Virus record (IMG/VR): IMGVR_UViG_3300037873_000028
Span: 1-48,996 of that record
Reading direction: 5' to 3' (one strand)
DNA length: 48,996 nt
DNA from: a virus
Shown: piece by piece, positions 47,529 through 48,996 of the stretch
Layout of the letters: every line of letters starts with the position of its first letter
Numbering within the stretch: the first letter of the stretch is position 1
Made by a program: the position numbers and the translations under genes
The notes under the pieces: model-generated
Databases searched by the model: none
The model's input: only the letters and a program-made list of their open reading frames with translations
What the model was told of the DNA's origin: nothing

Positions 47529-47764
47529 AGTTCTGCGTGTACCTGATGCCACGGGGGGAGCCGCCGGGGAAGCCTCTCTGGGGCGGTCCCGAGCCGTGGC
47601 TGCGGGTGCCGGTCGAGAGCCCGACCGCCTGGGTGGGCGGCCAGTGATCGTCGCAACTGGTCCGGTCGGCTCCCCTCGAAGCATCAGGTCGCTTCGTTGT
47701 CCCTGGCGGTTCTACCCGCGGTGGCCGCTTTTCTCGTTTGGCCTGGGACCCTCTCTTGTCTTAT

Positions 47765-47865
47765 GTGTATAACTGTACACCCAGAATGGGGGGGTGTCAA
47801 GCCCTCCGCTCAACCTTTCGGGTAGTTCTGTCTACCCAAAAGGTGCAGCCTTGTGGGTGTACACT
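47765..47865 (+). promoter_or_regulatory. Candidate operator palindromes and leaderless promoter for the RHH gene
   Basis: GTGTATAACTGTACAC (47765-80) and GTGTACAC (47857-64) share GTGTA/TACAC half-sites. TACACT (47860-65) fits TANNNT and lies 6 nt before the ATG at 47872. Confidence 0.4.
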
Positions 47866-47871
47866 AGAAGC

Positions 47872-48051
47872 ATGGCGGAGAGCGCGAAGTCTCGTGGTCG
47901 TCCATCTGTTGGACCGAAGCGGTATCTGCGGATGGGTGATCTATGGGATGAAGCTGTGGAGCTTGCCAGGCAGCGCCGCGAGAGCATGAGCGAACTGGTG
48001 CGTCGGGCCATCGAGCGCGAGGTCCGCCGGCTGCGACGGGGGGCGAAATGA
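47872..48051 (+). CDS. Ribbon-helix-helix (CopG/Arc-like) DNA-binding protein (59 aa)
   Basis: GRPSVGPKRYLRMGDLWDEAVELARQRRESMSELVRRAIEREV fits the RHH pattern (beta strand, helix, helix). Confidence 0.7.
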   Translation: MAESAKSRGRPSVGPKRYLRMGDLWDEAVELARQRRESMSELVRRAIEREVRRLRRGAK

Positions 48052-48608
48052 CCGTAGAGATACCAGTCACCCGCGGCTTCGTCGCGCTAGTGGACGACGG
48101 GGACGCCGTGCAGGTTATGCCGTACCGCTGGATTGCGCTGAAAGGCCCTCGGACCTGGTATGCCTGGGCTCAGGTACCTGGTCGCGTTGGATCCGGGGCG
48201 ACCCTGATGCACTCGCTCCTGACCGGCTGGCCACAGGTCGATCATGTCAACGGTGACGGTCTGGACAACCGACGCCAGAATCTGCGCCCGGCAACCCGAG
48301 AGCAAAACATGCGCAACAGTCGCAAGTACAGGGGAGGCAGCTCCCGGTACAAGGGAGTTTGCTGGAAGATACGTGATCAGCGGTGGCTGGCTCAGATCTA
48401 CGTGTCCGAGCGAGATGCTGGTGGAATGCTGGCTCGGCACAAGCTGCACCTGGGTACCTTCACTGACCAGGAGACCGCCGCCCGGGCGTACGACGCTGCG
48501 GCGCGGGAGCACTTCGGCGAGTTCGCCTGTCTGAACTTCCCTCTGCCCGGCGAGCGTGGAGCGTTGGGGCCGGGGAAGGGCGCCAACTGGTGGAAGGAGG
48601 GTAGCTGA
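48048..48608 (+). CDS. HNH endonuclease with AP2 domain (paralog 3 of 3)
   Basis: DHVNGDGLDNRRQNLRPATREQNMRN plus SRYKGV...LGTFTDQETAARAYDAAAREHFGEFACLNFP. ATGA overlap with the RHH gene. Confidence 0.85.
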   Translation: MTVEIPVTRGFVALVDDGDAVQVMPYRWIALKGPRTWYAWAQVPGRVGSGATLMHSLLTGWPQVDHVNGDGLDNRRQNLRPATREQNMRNSRKYRGGSSRYKGVCWKIRDQRWLAQIYVSERDAGGMLARHKLHLGTFTDQETAARAYDAAAREHFGEFACLNFPLPGERGALGPGKGANWWKEGS

Positions 48609-48832
48609 TGGGCTGGCTGATCATCGCTTTGCTGCTGCTCACGGGCCTGGGGCTTGGCGCCGAGCTGAGCGCCGGCACAACCGGGTGGTGGCGTGCCGGC
48701 GTGTTCGTGTCGGGGATCGTGCTGGTCTTCGCCGTGTTCGTGATGGGCGCCAGCGTCGCGTTCCTGTACGACGATGCGCATCCGGAGCCAGAGCCTCAGC
48801 AGTGCCAGGAAGAGGCGCCGGCCCCCGGGTGA
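48608..48832 (+). CDS. Small membrane protein (74 aa, two TM)
   Basis: MGWLIIALLLLTGLGLGA and VFVSGIVLVFAVFVMGASVAF. TGATG overlap. Confidence 0.55.
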   Translation: MGWLIIALLLLTGLGLGAELSAGTTGWWRAGVFVSGIVLVFAVFVMGASVAFLYDDAHPEPEPQQCQEEAPAPG

Positions 48833-48877
48833 CCGGCGCCCACCCCGCACCCCTCGCAGCCCCCCGCGTGACGGTAA

Positions 48878-48996
48878 CCCCCGGCTGCTGGCCGCCACCA
48901 CCGGCCGAGCGGCCCACCCCGACCGGGTGAGAGGTATCACAGCGACGCGAACCGGTCTCACCTCGTTGACCCGGACGGCGGGAGTGCGGAGGCTCC
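48878..48996. repeat. Right copy of the exact 119-bp terminal direct repeat
   Basis: Identical to 1-119. Confidence 0.9.

Larger units (their letters stand above)
47367..47871. other. 505-bp non-coding, GC-rich, hairpin-dense region between divergent operons (candidate structured RNA or recombination/regulatory locus)
   Basis: The ORFs in the track here (47353..47772, 47384..47647, 47321..47656) have Arg/Pro/Gly-rich, non-protein-like translations. The region holds multiple nested stems and a T-rich run (47729-47739) that is rare in this genome. Confidence 0.5.

Noticed and set aside
47353-47772. 139-aa + strand ORF (and 47384..47647, 47321..47656) as coding genes filling the 505-bp gap
   Set aside because: The translations lack any protein-like pattern, there is no SD or start-stop coupling, and third-position bias is mixed. 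The region is instead dense in stems. It is kept as a non-coding candidate.
47872-48608. RHH plus overlapping downstream gene as a classical type II toxin-antitoxin pair
   Set aside because: The downstream gene is clearly the third HNH-AP2 endonuclease paralog rather than a known toxin family. The coupling is reported as a regulatory observation instead.
1-48996. tRNA, tmRNA or rRNA genes, including a tRNA 3'-end fragment in the 119-bp repeat or next to int
   Set aside because: Scanning the intergenic gaps and the repeat by eye showed no GTTCGAATC/GGTTCGA-type T-arm with an adjacent acceptor stem and no cloverleaf-sized AT-richer islands. A tRNAscan/Aragorn run would be needed to be certain.

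Overview
The window reads as one complete temperate actinobacteriophage genome, or an att-delimited prophage. It is very GC-rich, with about 48.9 kb of unique sequence bounded by an exact 119-bp direct repeat (1-119 = 48878-48996). Nearly all genes are on the + strand and are chained by ATGA/GTGA start-stop overlaps.

Gene order, left to right:
- A small resolvase-like ORF, then a tyrosine integrase and an HTH repressor (both on the - strand), with a divergent Cro-like gene.
- A long early region: two WhiB-like regulators, an ASCH protein, a C5-cytosine DNA methyltransferase, and many small Cys-rich or membrane ORFs.
- A recombination module: PD-(D/E)XK exonuclease, ERF annealase, resolvase-like nuclease.
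- A TcmP-like / HNH / HTH-DUF5131 (CxxxCxxC) trio.
- A putative replication organiser with internal iteron-like palindromes.
- HNH plus small and large terminase, portal, prohead protease, HK97-type capsid.
- A glycosyltransferase / O-methyltransferase / LicD cassette inserted in the head module, followed by a 904-aa LamG plus tandem-repeat protein.
- Head-tail connector, a GT-B glycosyltransferase, tail tube, chaperones with a canonical -1 frameshift, tape measure, minor tail proteins.
- A PG-binding/collagen-like lysin and small holin-like membrane proteins.
- A leftward five-gene accessory operon, a 505-bp structured non-coding gap, an RHH regulator, and the third of three paralogous HNH-AP2 endonucleases.

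I saw no tRNA, rRNA or CRISPR array. All family calls rest on motifs read from the translated ORFs and on recalled family signatures; no database search was run. Start codons were chosen by hand from overlaps and Shine-Dalgarno-like sequences.

The strongest candidates for something new:
- The virion-glycosylation-like cassette with its repeat protein.
- The TcmP/HNH/HTH-DUF5131 trio, which carries parS-like palindromes inside its own gene.
- The leftward accessory operon together with the adjacent structured non-coding region.
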